A DNA stretch of 64,000 nt from Mytilus edulis (GCF_963676685.1 NC_092355.1:10912001-10976000), one strand, 5' to 3'; positions 49,537-64,000 are shown, counted from the first letter of the stretch. Made by a program: numbers and translations. The notes: generated by a model not told the origin, from the sequence alone.

Positions 49537-52500
49537 GGTGTAAAACTAGCTGTTTCAATGACTAATATCATATGGAGATTACTTATATTCAATTATTTTA
49601 TCATTTTGACACCCAAACAAATCTGATTCGTTAATAATTAATCATTTAATTTGAGCAATCTGTATGCCTATATAAATGTGAGTTATACTTCAATAGGATA
49701 CCATCCAAACTCCAAAGATAATTTAAAGACTATCAAACATGTATATCATATACCTGTTTTGAACATTGATGTTAACAGAAGTATATCGCTGTTCAAAAGT
49801 CATCAACCGATTGAGAGAAAAGTAATCCGGGTAACAAACTAAAACCGAGCATTACACATCAAATATAAAAGGGAAAAAAGGGCAGAACAGACACACTTAA
49901 GAGCAACAAAAAACATACATGTACTGCCTTATTTATGACTTGGTACAGGAAATTTTAAGAAAAGTTATGGAGAGTTGAACCTCCTGCTTATATGACATTC
50001 TAAATATGTCGTTAACATGACAACATTATGTGACCAGAATACAGTACAATGAATTGCAAGAATATTCATAATAGAGAACTACCTAAATAATTAATAAAAT
50101 TATACATTTTGACATGTAAGCCATAGAATAACAACTAACACCGAATATAATTTACGACACTGCACAAATACGGTAACATCAAATAATGAAATTTGCATCA
50201 AACGAATGTATCAAAGCCACAAATAGGGACGTCGGAGATAAATTTCTAAAGGTTGAATAGAAAATCAGTATAAAGTCATCATGATGTTATTTGATGTCTT
50301 CATCAGTTCTTTTTGTACACATATTTCAACATTGCAAGTTTTATCGAGACTTCATTGAACAAAAATAGTTTATTAACATTGATAAGAGTGCGTTTCTCTT
50401 GGTGTTGCATGGGGTTTGTGTTTCTCACAATTTTGTTGAAGTCAGTTGTATTCATACAAAAATTCTGAGTTGAATGATGGAAACATTTTTAATATAAAAT
50501 CAAGTTCTGTTGTTTGTTTACTTAGTTTTCGTTTTACTATGCCTTTCTCTGATCTTATTTTCAGTTTCGTTGAGTATTGTCTCTGATATTTGCTGTTCTC
50601 TTTTCAAAATACTTATAATAACTAGAACCCTAAGCTTAAACGGATTGCAACTTAAATAAATGAAGAAGAATAAAAAAAAAACACGAATTATTTTCAAAGG
50701 TCTGTGGCATTGCTTGGAGATCAGATGAGTTGTGTTTACTGTCAATAATGTGTATGTTTAAACAGAAAATGAAAGAAAATCCGGGTGGTGACTTGATAAG
50801 AAAACCTAAAACAAGAAACATTTTACCAAAACAAAGAAGGAATTTTGGTAAATCAAAGACTGATCAACACGTACTCCACGAAAAAAAGTAAAAACACAAA
50901 AGTACTGAACTCTAAAAAAACATGAAATACGAAGTGGGTGGTTTTTGGCAGGATAAAACTATGTATGATGATCTTGGCTGAAAAAATAACAGATTATTTG
51001 CAATCACTACGACAAGTCCTTTTTGTCGAACCTAGTACACATTCGTATTATAAACTCACATATATCAAACTGTAAACGATATAAACATATAGAAATTTAT
51101 TGAAGTAGTTGTTTGTTTTGTTATTTTCTGTTATCATGTTGCTTTATACTTTTTGTTTATTGTAAACTGCATGTTAACAAATAGTTCATTATACAGTATG
51201 CGATTACATGCTTGTACATTATTTAGATTGTATTACTTGTTTGACACTTTTTGTTGTTAGATTAAATGTTTCAAATTAGCTAGTTAAATTTAGTTTTTAA
51301 TATATATCAGATAAATGCATGTGAGCATGATCAGTTCGCCTGCTCTAAAAAACACTGAACCATTTTCATGGTTTGCTGTGGTGCATGTGTAATGCTACAG
51401 CAGTTGTTTAAGGAAGACCAATTAAATTTGAAGTATGCTCATTTTATAATCAATATCATGAGTTTAGGCTTTTCAGTCAACTCCTAAATAAGATGCTGGT
51501 ATTTCATCTTAAAATATAAGTGCAATCTCTGTCAAATGCCCGAATGTTCAATCTTAATGAGTTGACACGATGACACTTTTCCAGTACCACTGTAGGTTAC
51601 GCGATAATTTAACTCCAGGGCTAGTTTCAAAAATTTAGTGTGTATATTCCAAATATATTGACAATATGTGTAAACTACAGGTTACCTATTTCTAGGTATA
51701 CGAAGATGTGGTATGTATGCCAATGAATTAACTTTCCTTCCAAGTCAAAATTTGTAAAAGTAAACCAATAGAAGTATACATACGGTTTGAAACAGAGTCT
51801 AGGCTCACACCAAACAGCAAGCTAGAAAACACCCAAAAAGACTTGTGTAAAACAATGCAAACGGGAAAACCAATGGTCTTATCTTTATATTTATATAAAC
51901 GAAAAACAAGAAACACTTATTCACAACATCAGCACACTACAACAACTGAACGGCATGTTCTGAACTTAGGACAGGTGCTTTTGTTTTTTATACACAATAA
52001 GAGACAGTGGCTACACATACTATTACACGAATTTTTCCTGGTGTAATTTGTTAACTTCAAGCGGATTAAATTGAAGACATGTTGTTCTCAATTTGTTTTA
52101 ATGTTTACCCCATACTTATATTTTATAAGATGTGATTCATAATAATGACAAAAATGTAACAATCATTTGTTATCTCACTTTAGAAAATCAATAAGGTATT
52201 AACACGAGATAAATCACTTTTATAAACCGACGTAAATGCACCTTAAAATATGTGTATTTCCATTTTAAGGTGAGTAGAATCAGTAACCCTTACGACATCT
52301 AAATACATTCTAATGAATGAACTAGTTAGACCTGGGTTTTGCCGTTGCAACACAAAGTAGATTTCTTGAAAGCATCAGTAAGCTACTGGTATTTCCGTGT
52401 ATCGATATTTTGTTATGCATTGAAAAATGGACACAGATAGCTTATAGACATTCTGTAATCTTGATAATTTTAAAAATTGCATGATACATCATCTTTCAGA

Positions 52501-55500
52501 AATAAAAAAAAAAACCCACTATAAATGATTTTAAGAAGATTGGCAAAAAGAGTTCAATCATATTTAGGATATAAAACAATTGACAGACAATATGGAAAAT
52601 AGAAAAAAAAACACCAACATAATTGTCGAATAAAGTGTGATATACTTGTTGATTTATAAGGAAGAAAGTATCACAATCATGCTGCATAAAAATTTCCACG
52701 AGTTGTAGCGTTTACAAAGCGTATACCTTTGTATTTCGACGTACTTATGCAGTGCGCGTTTAACGATTGTTTAGCGTTTCTCTGGCGTCCAACTAACGTA
52801 TACCGACTTTGTGAATTTTCTCTGTACGTTTAATGAACGCCTATCTATACGCCAATGTGTGACGCCGGCATAAAGGACCTATATTATGGCAACTTGAATA
52901 GTGAGTCCTATGTAGATGAAACGCGCGTCTGACGTATTAAATTATAAGGCATGGACCTTTGATAACTATAAGAATGTCGAAATGTATTATTGTATTGCTG
53001 TCCCATATGTTCTTGCATTTATTTGAACTAAAGTCCTGTCATGTAATGTCTTTTTAGTGTTATATTTAACATTGAAATAAAAACGCGATGTTTGGCAAGC
53101 CACAAAACCAGGTTCAACCCACACTTTTTCTTAGATTGTCCAGTACCAAGTCAGGAAAATAGAAGTTGTTATCTTATAGTTCATATCTTTGTGTGTTACA
53201 GTGTTGTTTGATTTTGTGTTTCTTTTGTTTCTTTGTTTTTGTTTTATAGTTGATGTGTTCCCTCGGTTTTAGTTTGTAGCCCAGATTTGTTTTCTCACAA
53301 TCAATGTATGACTTTCGAACAGCGGTATACTACTGTTGCCTTTTTAAAGTCGGCGTACATAAATTTGCACTCAGTAGTTTAAGTTTTTGAAATTCTAATA
53401 ACTCTCTCAAACTATCCTGGATTTTTACCAAAGTTGAACAGAAGCTGGTTTATAATCTAAAGCTAGTATATAAAGGGATACACTTTGTTAAAACTTTGTA
53501 CCTGTTTTTCCAATTTAACTTATTAATGGACTTAATTTTTCTAGCAGTTAACATTGCCTACAGTGTGCAGTTAAAGTTTTTGAAGCATTTAGTGGACTCA
53601 CAAACTTTACTGGATTTTAAATGAATTTGGACAAAGCTTCCCATCGTCAAAAGATAGTATCGAGATAGTATTGTAGAGCCTGCGATTAACAGCAAAAGTA
53701 GGCAGGACACTGGGATCGGTGGAACCCTTGCAGATTGTTATATAACCCGTAGAGATAAGTAGTTTGAATATACTTGTGTATCCCAGTTTTAAGTCAAGAT
53801 TATTTATGACTGTTAAAATCTAAAATGTAATTTTAAATTACTGTAATTGTGGTATGTATTTTCTATTCTTTTTTGGTCGTTCGTCCAAATAAATCTTAAG
53901 AAAGATGACCGGAAAAAATGTATGGGTAACTAAACAGAGGATATAAAAAATCGGTTAATAAATATAGAATGGTAGACTAATTGGATCCATATAGATTCTA
54001 CCTAGGCAACCAGTGTGATACGCAACAACTCCATTCGAGAATTTTAAACTCTATGCGTTGATACTTGAACAGAACCTGAAAACTTCCCGGTTTAATTCCG
54101 TTTTGGGTGAAAATTAATATAATTCGAGCTTTGTTTAAAGACATCTCCGTAATAAAAGGCAGGAGATTACTATTCTGACTGACAAAAGACGTAACAATAT
54201 TACCGGATTTTTACAGTTTTAATGAGTTTACTTCAATTTAATAACAAAAAGTTAAATCACTAAAATACATAGATCCAAGGAAGTTACAAAACTTAAAAAA
54301 AAAAGACAAAATCAAAACGCATCAAACCAATGGAAAACAACTCTCGTAATTTTGAACTGCATGTACATGTGTATATGTTAACGGATCCACTTTTCCTTGT
54401 GTGTAACGTGTTATACTGATATGATAGTTGCTGATTTACCGAGATCAATACAGGGTATTGGCAGTATTTATAAAATATGATGTTCAAAGCTAAGTTTAAC
54501 AGGACTTTATTCAAAAACGTACGTGTTTTAAGGGATGTACATACCATGATATAAAAGTGTATATTCATATTTTATACTATTATTATTTTTGAAAACTAAA
54601 GGCAAGCAGAAAATAGATTTAGCGATTATATACACTTTTTTTTCTTCCATGAAACAAATAGATATTAGACAAATGTGTCTATTCAGGTCTTATCATCCTT
54701 TGCGTATACACTATTCATAGACTTCAGTATTGGCTCGTGCTCATAAAACCCCTATAATTGAAGGATATGGAGCAAATATGAATTTTAAAGTTCAGGGCAC
54801 ACCCTGCCAGGTTTCAGATCAAGGCCTCCAATTACACCATATATGTGGTTTACATTTAACACCTCGTTCTTTATGTCTTAGTGCTAGCGTCACCGATGAG
54901 TTTGTTTTAGACGCTTTGTTGCACACTTGTTTTATCCTGGTATATATGAAGAGTTTATTAAGGTATTCAAAGCTTGCATACCATCCGTATGTTTTATTTT
55001 AACCATATTGGTCATGTCAACATTGATTGTTTACTATTTTTTATTAAATAAATTAAATTACAAACAGTTAACAGACATTATTAACCCTTTTAAAGTCAAT
55101 TACAAGTTTAGGGTTTGATTATTATTCTGTTTCACATTCAATGTTTATTATATGTTTTCATTATTATCCGGAACTAGACATATCTCTTACATCCCCGTTC
55201 GTATTGTACTAAGTGACTGCCTTTAATTTTAGTAACACCATCTGCACTAGTATTTCAAAACTAAGTACATGGACGACATTTAACTTTTTAAAACATACCA
55301 CTGATTCATTCATAAACTGTGATATTTTAATATATTCAACTCCGTTAATTTGGATAAGTGATTTATTAAATGCATACGAACTGTAATTTATTAAGATCCG
55401 ATTTTTGAACTGTAGATTCCACTTTGTTTTTTTTTACCATTGTAAATATTGTGTTTAACATGTTTAACGTTCATATATTGCATTCGTATATATCAGTCTG

Positions 55501-56989
55501 GGGCATTACTTAAACAAGTAACAATTAAAATAACCCATACAAGTAATGTTGAAAACGAGGCTATTTTAAATATTACTTATGTGAGTAACTTTTCTGAATA
55601 CTATTTTTATAAGCGTCCAATAATACATATTTTACTAGCTTTAACAAATTTTCACAGTCATATGGTAATTTTTCTCATTAAATATAAAATCTAATCCTGC
55701 TGAACCACTAATTGCCTTTCTGACGCACTTATCTTTCATACGGACGCTTCTTGGTCAAAGATTGGTTTCTTGGGAACTAATAAATTATAATTTTTCTCCA
55801 AAATCTTGATGGTAAACTGATATGAATAGATAGAGACTTGTGAATCAATTAAGACTTCAAGTTATTTATAGTTTGTAACCGAGGTGAATTACATATGTTC
55901 TTTAAATAAGTGATATTACTATTGTTTTTCAAAAATGTATAAAATAACTTATCCAAGTAATATTTTTGTCATTATTTTTAAAGTGACCATATATCTTTAT
56001 ACTGTTCTCAAATCTAATAAATTCTGTATTTTATGATATAAGATGGTGTAAAAATTACTGAAAACTACATTTAGTCTTTGCTTTTACTGAAATTTAAAAT
56101 AACTCTATTAAGTAATTTTATTATTTTTACAAACAAAAAATACTTATATAAGTAACTTAAAAAAACAACTTGTTTAAGTAACATCCCTGACTGTATATTG
56201 TAAACTATTGCATTTTTTTTATTTTTTTTTCAGTTTACAAAACAATACACTGCCTACTGTATAAACCTTTCTGGTGGAATATTATATTTTCATTTTCGAG
56301 ACAAGTTGTTTTCTTATAATACCCGTCCATATTGCGATTCAGTCGCTTGATTTAACTAGTTGAGTCAGGCTCAGAAAAGTTATGCAACGTAAATATGTAT
56401 TCCTGTTTCTCATGTCGCCAAATCATTTCATCGCGAGCAGATAACCAAATTGGTTAAACAAAAGGGAAAAGTTATCTTTTCCTAGCCATATGAACACATA
56501 AAGCAGTATTCTAAACGTCTTACATTTTATATGAACAAAAGGAAAATGGGTCAAATTAAAGGCACACTTCTTATGTAATAAATACGTCATCAATCAACTG
56601 AAAGAATGAAATAAGACAGACTGCACTTTAACTTATCGCGAATGTCACTTCATTTTCTCGTCATAAAGAGGCATGTGGTTTTGATGCTTATTTTCATTAC
56701 ACAATATGTTATCAAATAACAAGTTCAAGAGGATTATGTATACGCCTATCCTCAAGCTATGTTTAAAAATTGTTAGATGATTTCATATTGCGTTTTTCAT
56801 AATAATGAAGTGTAACCCTACAGATGATCCATACGCAAAACCAACTGGTAGCCGAATAAAGCTGACAGACATAAAATCAAAAGACGAACGTGTTTCATTC
56901 TAGAACAGATTTACGTTCATTTCATATGTTATTGAGCCAGACATGTCAATATATTATTTGCAACATTATTATATTTGATTGATCAGTGT

Positions 56990-57700
56990 TTGTTTAACAT
57001 TTAGTAGAAAATAAGATATGCTTAATTGTTTCACTATGTCGAAAACAAATTAACAGAAACGAACTAAAATATAACAATGACCATATTCCTGACCTTGTAC
57101 ATGACATTTGTAAAGAAAAATAGTGGGTTGAACCTGGTTTTGTGGCATGCCAAACCTCCTGTTTTAATGGCCATGTTAAATATAACATTAAAATGACATC
57201 ACAGTATTATAGGCCTACATATTGGACAAGAAACATACGAATAAAAGGCACCAGTTTTAAAATTTAATACGCCAGAAGTGCGTTCCGTCCCCACAGGACT
57301 TACTAGTGACGCCCAGATACAACAGTTTGAAAGCCAAAACAAATACAAAGTTGAAAAGCATCGAGAACCAGATGTTAAAAAAAGTTGTGACAAAAACGGC
57401 CAGTGTTTTCTGTTTGGAACAAAAACATCCCTATTATTTAGAATAATTTATACTTTTGCAAACAGTAAATTTTATAAAATGACTATATAAAAGATATACA
57501 TGATGAAACTGAAGTATTAACTTATTACAGAAACTAACCGGATACATTACATAAACCGACAAAATCCAACACAAAAAAATATACACACCCGAGTAAGTCA
57601 AGTCTTCAACGCAAAGTAACGTCACATTTGAAATTGTAAAAAAGGACAACAAAATTACGTTATATTTTAATTTGTAAAACAGGACACAAAAAATGACGTC
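56990..57700 (-). repeat. Inverted, longer copy of the hammerhead-associated repeat family
   Basis: 57240-57480 is the reverse complement of 35420-35640, and 57000-57200 is the reverse complement of ~53045-53200; the ribozyme core is mutated. Confidence 0.7.
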
Positions 57701-60381
57701 ACATTTGAATGAATTAAACTATCTATCAAAAATAAAATAGAATGAGGATTGATTTAGGATTACATTTGTACTAAATACTAATATTACATTTAATAACAAT
57801 GAAAATTGCAATATAATAATCAAACTGAGGTAGCAATTAGACAATTAACTATATTCTATGTCCGGTTAATTCTGAATCAAACTGCAAACGTAATACATCG
57901 TAAAAATTACGTTGAACCAAATCAAATCTAATAAATGAAGGCGGTGATTAATTTTCTTTACCATAACACATGACTATAACCGAGAAGACGTCAAGACATT
58001 TGACAAAATCCGATGAGAATTATAAATATAACATCAAGTCTAAATACATAAAATCCGATGAGAATTACAAATATCTATAAGCTTGCATATTATACTTGTT
58101 CATCATGTTAAGCGGTCCTTTCGTCGAACGTTTTCTTGTTTTATCAATAAGGGTTCATTTTCTATAATAATTATTTGAAAATATACTTTTTAATATGCAA
58201 CATTTTCCTACTAGATAGAAAATTAAATTAAATAGAACCGTTATCCCCAAAGTATAAATGATCTTTCCACATTTTATTACAGGTTATTAGAAAGAACTGT
58301 CTGAATGTCATAAAACTGAATTAAACATAAGCAGCTTATGGATAGGAAATTGAAATTCGTGAAATAGCATGCAGATACATGTAGTAGAATAGCATCATGT
58401 ACGTAGACAACTGCTTTAATGATCAAGTAACATTTCTTAGTAATAACTGAATAAGGAAGACCATAATGTTGTTCTACTCTGTTTTTTCTTATTACAATTT
58501 TTAATTATGATCACAAATGCATGGTATACGCCTTCCAAGCTAGGGGGCGGACAATTCCAATGAGATATTCAAGCTCAAAAATTTATTATAATTGAAAAGA
58601 AACACAACAATAAAAATGAAAACAGACAAAGAATATAGTCTAGTATATATTTTTTTTAAATTTCTTTTCATTAATATGTTTTATTGTTAAGCGGGAAGTC
58701 AATCTAATGAACCAATTCACGTGTTTGTTTTGGAACCAGAAGAATATCACCTCCTTATGTAGGATTTTAATAGTGGCCTTGTAAACTAAGACTTTGTACA
58801 GGTTGTTTTCTATCTAGCACATTTCCCGTTTCAATTCTCTAATAATTTCCCCCTGGTACTTAATACGTCTACACAACTTATCATATTGATAGGTTCTTTG
58901 CGATACCATTCCAAACAGCGGGATGCTGGTTCCCAATTACATGTAGAGAATGATCATCACGTATATTCCCGCTGATACTGTATTATGTATAATAATCAGA
59001 TATTGTATAACAATAATTAATAACAGCGAATGAATGACAGTTGTATTTACGATGATAATGTATAACAATAACATGGATTACAGCTCTTTCTATTTAAATA
59101 TATATTTCATAATTATATAATCCAGATTTAGATGTACCCTACTGTGATCAATGATGAAACACAAGAAATGTAAATAGGATAATATTTTAAATGTCAATTT
59201 CAAACATACATGTAGAAGTAAACAGAGAATAAAGGCAGTCATAAATTAGTTTTTTCAAGTTTGTGTTTACTGAACAGTTAACTAAAAATAATCAAAATGC
59301 AGATACAACATCAAAATTGTAGTATTATAACCAAAGTGTAAAACCTTAGTCAATTAGAAATTTATTCACCTCGGAAAACACACAGAATAGAAATGCATAA
59401 AACAAATTAAATCAGTAGATAAACATATATTTAAAAATGTTCCCTAACCGGGACGATTGGGAGGTTGACATTATCATGTGTATTGTCAAAGACTTAATAT
59501 GTGTAAGTACGCGTTTGAGTACAGTTCTTTGATTAGGTTCACTCAATGAATATATTATTATTAGACATGGACACACCAATGTCAGATAATACACGTAAAT
59601 CTTTAAGACAATCATTATTTATGTAGGGCATAATTACTTACTCGTATTTCTTTTGGAACGCACCAACCTCTAATATATTACAGAATTTCAGATAAGACGT
59701 CTTTTTCTCAAATTATCAATTTGTTTTCGTATTCCCCTTTCTTTTTCAAGTAGCTTTTTTCTGTGATAATCAAAAGTAGTACTATTGTTTATTATAACAG
59801 AGAAATAGCCAATTTGATATCGTTTGTCTAGTGTAGTCATTATAATAGCATTGAATATAATTTTTATTGTTACACTGCTATTGTATAACCACCAATATGC
59901 CAGATGAGACGTCCATCTTTATGGAAATTAATGACTGTGTCTAAAATTCCAATTAAGCAAAAGTATTACGTATCACTGCCCACGAGTTGTGTCAATGATC
60001 ATGTTTTATGGACAGAAGTAGGTGAGAGAACAAACGGCAAATCTTTTAAATTAATCTCTTTATATTGCGTCGTTAATCGTTTACCAATATAATATATACA
60101 GCATGTTGATTCTGTAAGACCACTTACAGCAATAACAAAACTTCTATTCACGAGATACTTAAATGTTAAATTGTTATGGATGAAGCATAACACATTTCAC
60201 ATACTACTTACAGTAATTAAAGGTAAAAAAGGATTACACAAGGTGAATAAAAACACTGATAAGTTTATTTTCGTGCAACTTCAATCTTAAATGATATTTT
60301 TTGTCTTGAATTGTAACATACCAAAATTAGAATAAAGTCAATGATCTCGTGATATAAGTACATTTTATCTGGGTGTGGATA

Positions 60382-60504
60382 TATAGATATAGAAAAATAT
60401 CAGCCCACGAGCCAGAATATGAAGCTAAATGTCGAGTGAGCGTAGCGAACGAGCCATTTAGCTTCATATTCTGTCGAGTGGGCTGATATTTTTCAATATC
60501 TATA
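60382..60504. repeat. ~50-bp-arm hairpin, probable terminal structure of the Crypton-type element
   Basis: TATAGATAT.GAAAAATATCAGCCCAC....CAGAATATGAAGCTAAATG / loop containing GAGCGTAGCGAACGAG / CATTTAGCTTCATATTCTG....GTGGGCTGATATTTTTC.ATATCTATA. Confidence 0.85.
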
Positions 60505-62285
60505 CAAGCCACATTTAGATAACATTTTTATCATCTTTCAAAGCAATGTTTTTAATCAAAATTTCCTTTTTTAATAATTTTGCGGGAATTGTTATTACCG
60601 GAGTGTCTCTATTGTTACTAGGAAACACCCGTCATCGACATATAAAACCGCGGAACACCTTGCGGCCAAAATACGCAGGGTAAAATATTCCCATTAACTA
60701 CATGAAGAAAAATGTTTTTTGCACGTGAAAATTCATATATGGGTGTATAATATTTGAAGATAATACAAAAAAAAGAAGAAAAAAGGCTTAATGAAAGATT
60801 AAAAAACAAAAGTATTTCATATCACCACAAGAAGAAAAAATCTACTCGCTGACTGCCGAACAACTTTTAAGCATACGCTTCACAAAACAAATTCCAGAAA
60901 TATGAAGTCTGAGAGTACTTAAATATCTAATAGTCGTAATTCGTTAAGGAGAAGTTAATTTGAGAAAGACGGATATTTGTAAATTGACCTTTTTGTATGC
61001 AATACCTCGACATCTCGCACCTTGCAACCGCCATTTGTACGTGAGAAGAGAAGACATTGGAGGTAGGTGTTATTTTCATACCGACTTCCTCACCAAATTG
61101 CATTGGGACGGTATTTGGTTCAAGTTATTGAGTAGTACTATTTCCTATAAGTGCTTTGCCTAATGTTATCATTGAGAAAACATATTTTCCGGGGGTATTT
61201 TGTTCACTGAGGAACAAAAACAATCAGATCACCTGAAATATTTGCTTCGATGCATACTTTTGGTCTATGTACATTGATATACATGACTTTTTTTGTATCA
61301 TTCTTTTTGTAACTTTGAGTTAAATGATATAATACATCATGTTTATGATTCTAGGAGAAATGTATATATATATGCTTTCAGTGTATTCAACTAGGTAGCT
61401 CAGGGGTCAGAGCATCTCTCTAAGAGAAGGTCTTAGGTTCAAATCCTAACTTAGTTACACTGAAGCAGTAAATACTAGGATTGGAATCTTAACATGTTTA
61501 ATATGTATTAATCATTTAATATTTGCCTTCTTGAGTCTATCTCATGTGAATGATCAATGTACATTATAGACAAGGATTTTTCCTTGATATAGCCAATATA
61601 ATTATGATTTACACCAGTTTTCACATTGTAACTTGCAACTGATATTTTATATCAACAGTATATGTAGAAAACAATTTATCTGTTGTTCAAAAGCTTTTTT
61701 TTGGGGTGCTTTTGTGTAAAGCTTGTTACAGAGTATGTATTTTGGTCATTGTTAAAGGCCATATACCTTACCGATATATACATGTATATATGTAAATTTG
61801 CTTTCATCGTGAGTTCATAATCTTTTTTATTGGTGCTTTAATATTGCATCTTCTTATGTTTTTTGTTATTTGCAGACTGGTTTCAGGTTACATTAAATAA
61901 ATTGAAGCTAGTTATAAAATTTTGATATATATGCAAGATGATTTTATTTTGTTAATTTGCTCTCTTTGTAAATACATTAAATCATTATTAACATTGCTTA
62001 AAGCAAAATTATTTTTACACATTTTCAGTATAAGACTTTTTTTAAATTTTTAACACTTGTAATATGATATTGATACAGTGACTGAGTGAGTCTTATAATT
62101 TGTAGAGCATCTGGAAAAATTCACATTATAATATTTAAGAAATTGATTTGATACATAAAATACATTTGTTGGTCAGATATTTATTGTGTTTAGTTTTAAA
62201 AAGTTGTTTTTAAGCAAATTAAGTAATGAAAATATTGGATAATTCCGACCCACAACAAATAAATGAATTGAATCATTATAATATT

Positions 62286-64000
62286 TTAGAAATCACTATC
62301 ACTGTCACTGTCAATTACGCATAGACGCTTTCTTTTGTTCTGTTTGTTGACATCCGAGGGTTGTTGATCTGATGACGATGATGGCCCATTGTTAAATGTA
62401 AAATTGAAATTTCCACCATGGAATGTTGCGTTGGTGAATAGACCACTCATTGCCGGATGTAAATTCGAAAAATTAAAATTTCCTTTGTAAATTGACTGTT
62501 TACTGTTGTTACTTACAGTCGATTGCGTCTGTGTTGATGTTATAGCCTCTAATACTGGTGAGGCATTTTCTTTATTATCTGATTCTCTTGTTGAAGATAA
62601 CATTAGAGATGTTCCAAGCTTGTTTTGGAATATGAAGGCAAACTGTTAACATTTTTGTGTCCTGTTCTTTGCACAATTTCTGTGTCTTGCACTCCATTGT
62701 CTTTTTGTTCTTGGATTGAACCCTTCCTTGTGCTGTGGCCAGTTAGTCTTTTATCATTATTGGGGAGTGCTTCCGTGGCCATATCTTTTATTATTTTAGA
62801 AATTGATTTAGTTCCTAGTCTGAGATTTTTGTACCAAAGAATTTTGATTCATAATTACTATCCTGAAACGTTGAAGCCTGAATATAAAAAGGGGAATCCT
62901 CTTTTTTTATGGTATCTGGTCTTTTTTGTCGAAATAGTTTATATTGAAACACAGGACATCTGGTGCGGTCAATTTTGTTTTGTACTGCGATTTGTCCTGA
63001 TTTTCTTAGATTTGTTATATTTTCACCCTGTCTTGTTTTTGTCTGCCTTTCCCGACAATACTGGAGGTATTCGTCTCCATTTGTGTCAACTTTTAATGAT
63101 ATATCACCCCAACATAAATTATAATGTTCAGTTACTCCTCTCAAACCAAAATGGTAATTGTTATTAATGTATACTGCGTTTGTAAGTGAGCGAGGGCTAT
63201 TGGACCCCATAACGTTTTTCATGTACAATTTGTTGAGATCGTCATTTGTCAAAGGGTCTGCAGCATTGGGTTTATTACCAAGACCAAGTGATTTTAAGTT
63301 TTTAAATTTTGCGCTCAGAGTCTGACGACTGTTGTGGAATTCATCATCAGTTATAATATTACATCCATACTCATTATCCTTTAAATGTCGGCTAATGCTC
63401 TGCTGTATTGACTTAAGAGATGATGGTTCATATTCAAAAGTACCATTTGTTTGTTTTTCCTTTGTGGCGCTAAGAAAGAAAAAACTAAGATATCTGTCCA
63501 ACTCTTGTGGTGGTATTTGTTCAATGTTTCTTTTTTCATCATGTTTTGACTTTAACAATTGGAAAATTTTCAAATCAGACTTTGTTTTCTTTGAAGTATT
63601 TTTATTAAGTTGCTCTTGAAGGAAGGAGTTTATATCAGCATCTGTTACATCTCTGAAACGGTCACCCTCTGATGCTTTTGCTAAGGATGTTGTGCCAGTT
63701 TGATCACTGTCAGTTTTAGTGTTCTTGTCTTCTTTTGCATTTTCCTTTTGTTTTTCATTTGTGGCATTTTGATTTAGAATTAAACGGTCACTCTCTGAAG
63801 CTTTTTCTGAAGATGTTATGCCAAAAGATGCAGTTTGATCACTGTCAGTTTTAGTGTTCTTGTCTACTTTTGCATTTTCCTGTGGTTTTTCATTTGTGGC
63901 ACTTTGTTTTTGAAATTTGTCAACATTTACAGGGAGGTATTTATATCTAGTGCTTGAACTTGGTTTTGAAAAGTCCCAGTAACTGCATGAAGGGCTGTCC
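62286..64000 (-). pseudogene. Crypton-type tyrosine recombinase (DUF3504; ZMYM/KCTD1/QRICH1-related), two frameshifts, 5' part outside the window
   Basis: The frame is open from 63999 through RFRDVTDADINSF..NKNTSKKTKSD, YEPSSL, LGLGNKPNAADPL, HFGLRG, ERQTKTRQG and RCPV. After a frameshift near 62837 it continues WYKNLRLG...LTGHSTR...TGHKNVNSLPSY (HxxR, H and catalytic Y). A second shift near 62605 leads to the Ser/Asn-rich tail 62286-62603. Confidence 0.88.

Noticed and set aside
62625-63619. Plus-strand ORFs of 180 aa and 95 aa
   Set aside because: Antisense shadows of the Crypton recombinase ORF.

Overview
AT-rich, repeat-dense animal genomic DNA; the dispersed repeat families look like those of a bivalve such as Mytilus (inference, no search run). 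One host gene is evident: a class A (FMRFamide/peptide-receptor-like) GPCR whose whole 7TM region sits in one exon (48421-49518). That exon opens with a phase-0 splice acceptor and has no in-frame ATG before TM1. The ~48 kb upstream is not random intron. It is an old tandem array of about 8 homologous cassettes (TATA + Inr promoter, first exon(s), GTAAG donor, conserved non-coding modules). Two cassettes carry 60-nt phase-0 coding segments (MDVGDTYIRDFLNDFINDIK and MDNGDYYIRDFLNDFIKDIK) that would splice in frame to the GPCR exon. This suggests a variable-first-exon/constant-exon architecture like clustered protocadherins or UGT1, which needs RNA evidence. Overlaid on the array are a 5.3-kb tandem duplication, an 18.4-kb non-autonomous CACTA element with a TAT target-site duplication, and a 5'-truncated LINE with an intact RT ORF. 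Also present are a Helentron/HINE-type element with 502-bp repeats, hammerhead-ribozyme repeats, SINEs/MITEs and a frameshifted Crypton-type tyrosine recombinase element at the right end. All alignments were done by eye, so module boundaries are approximate.
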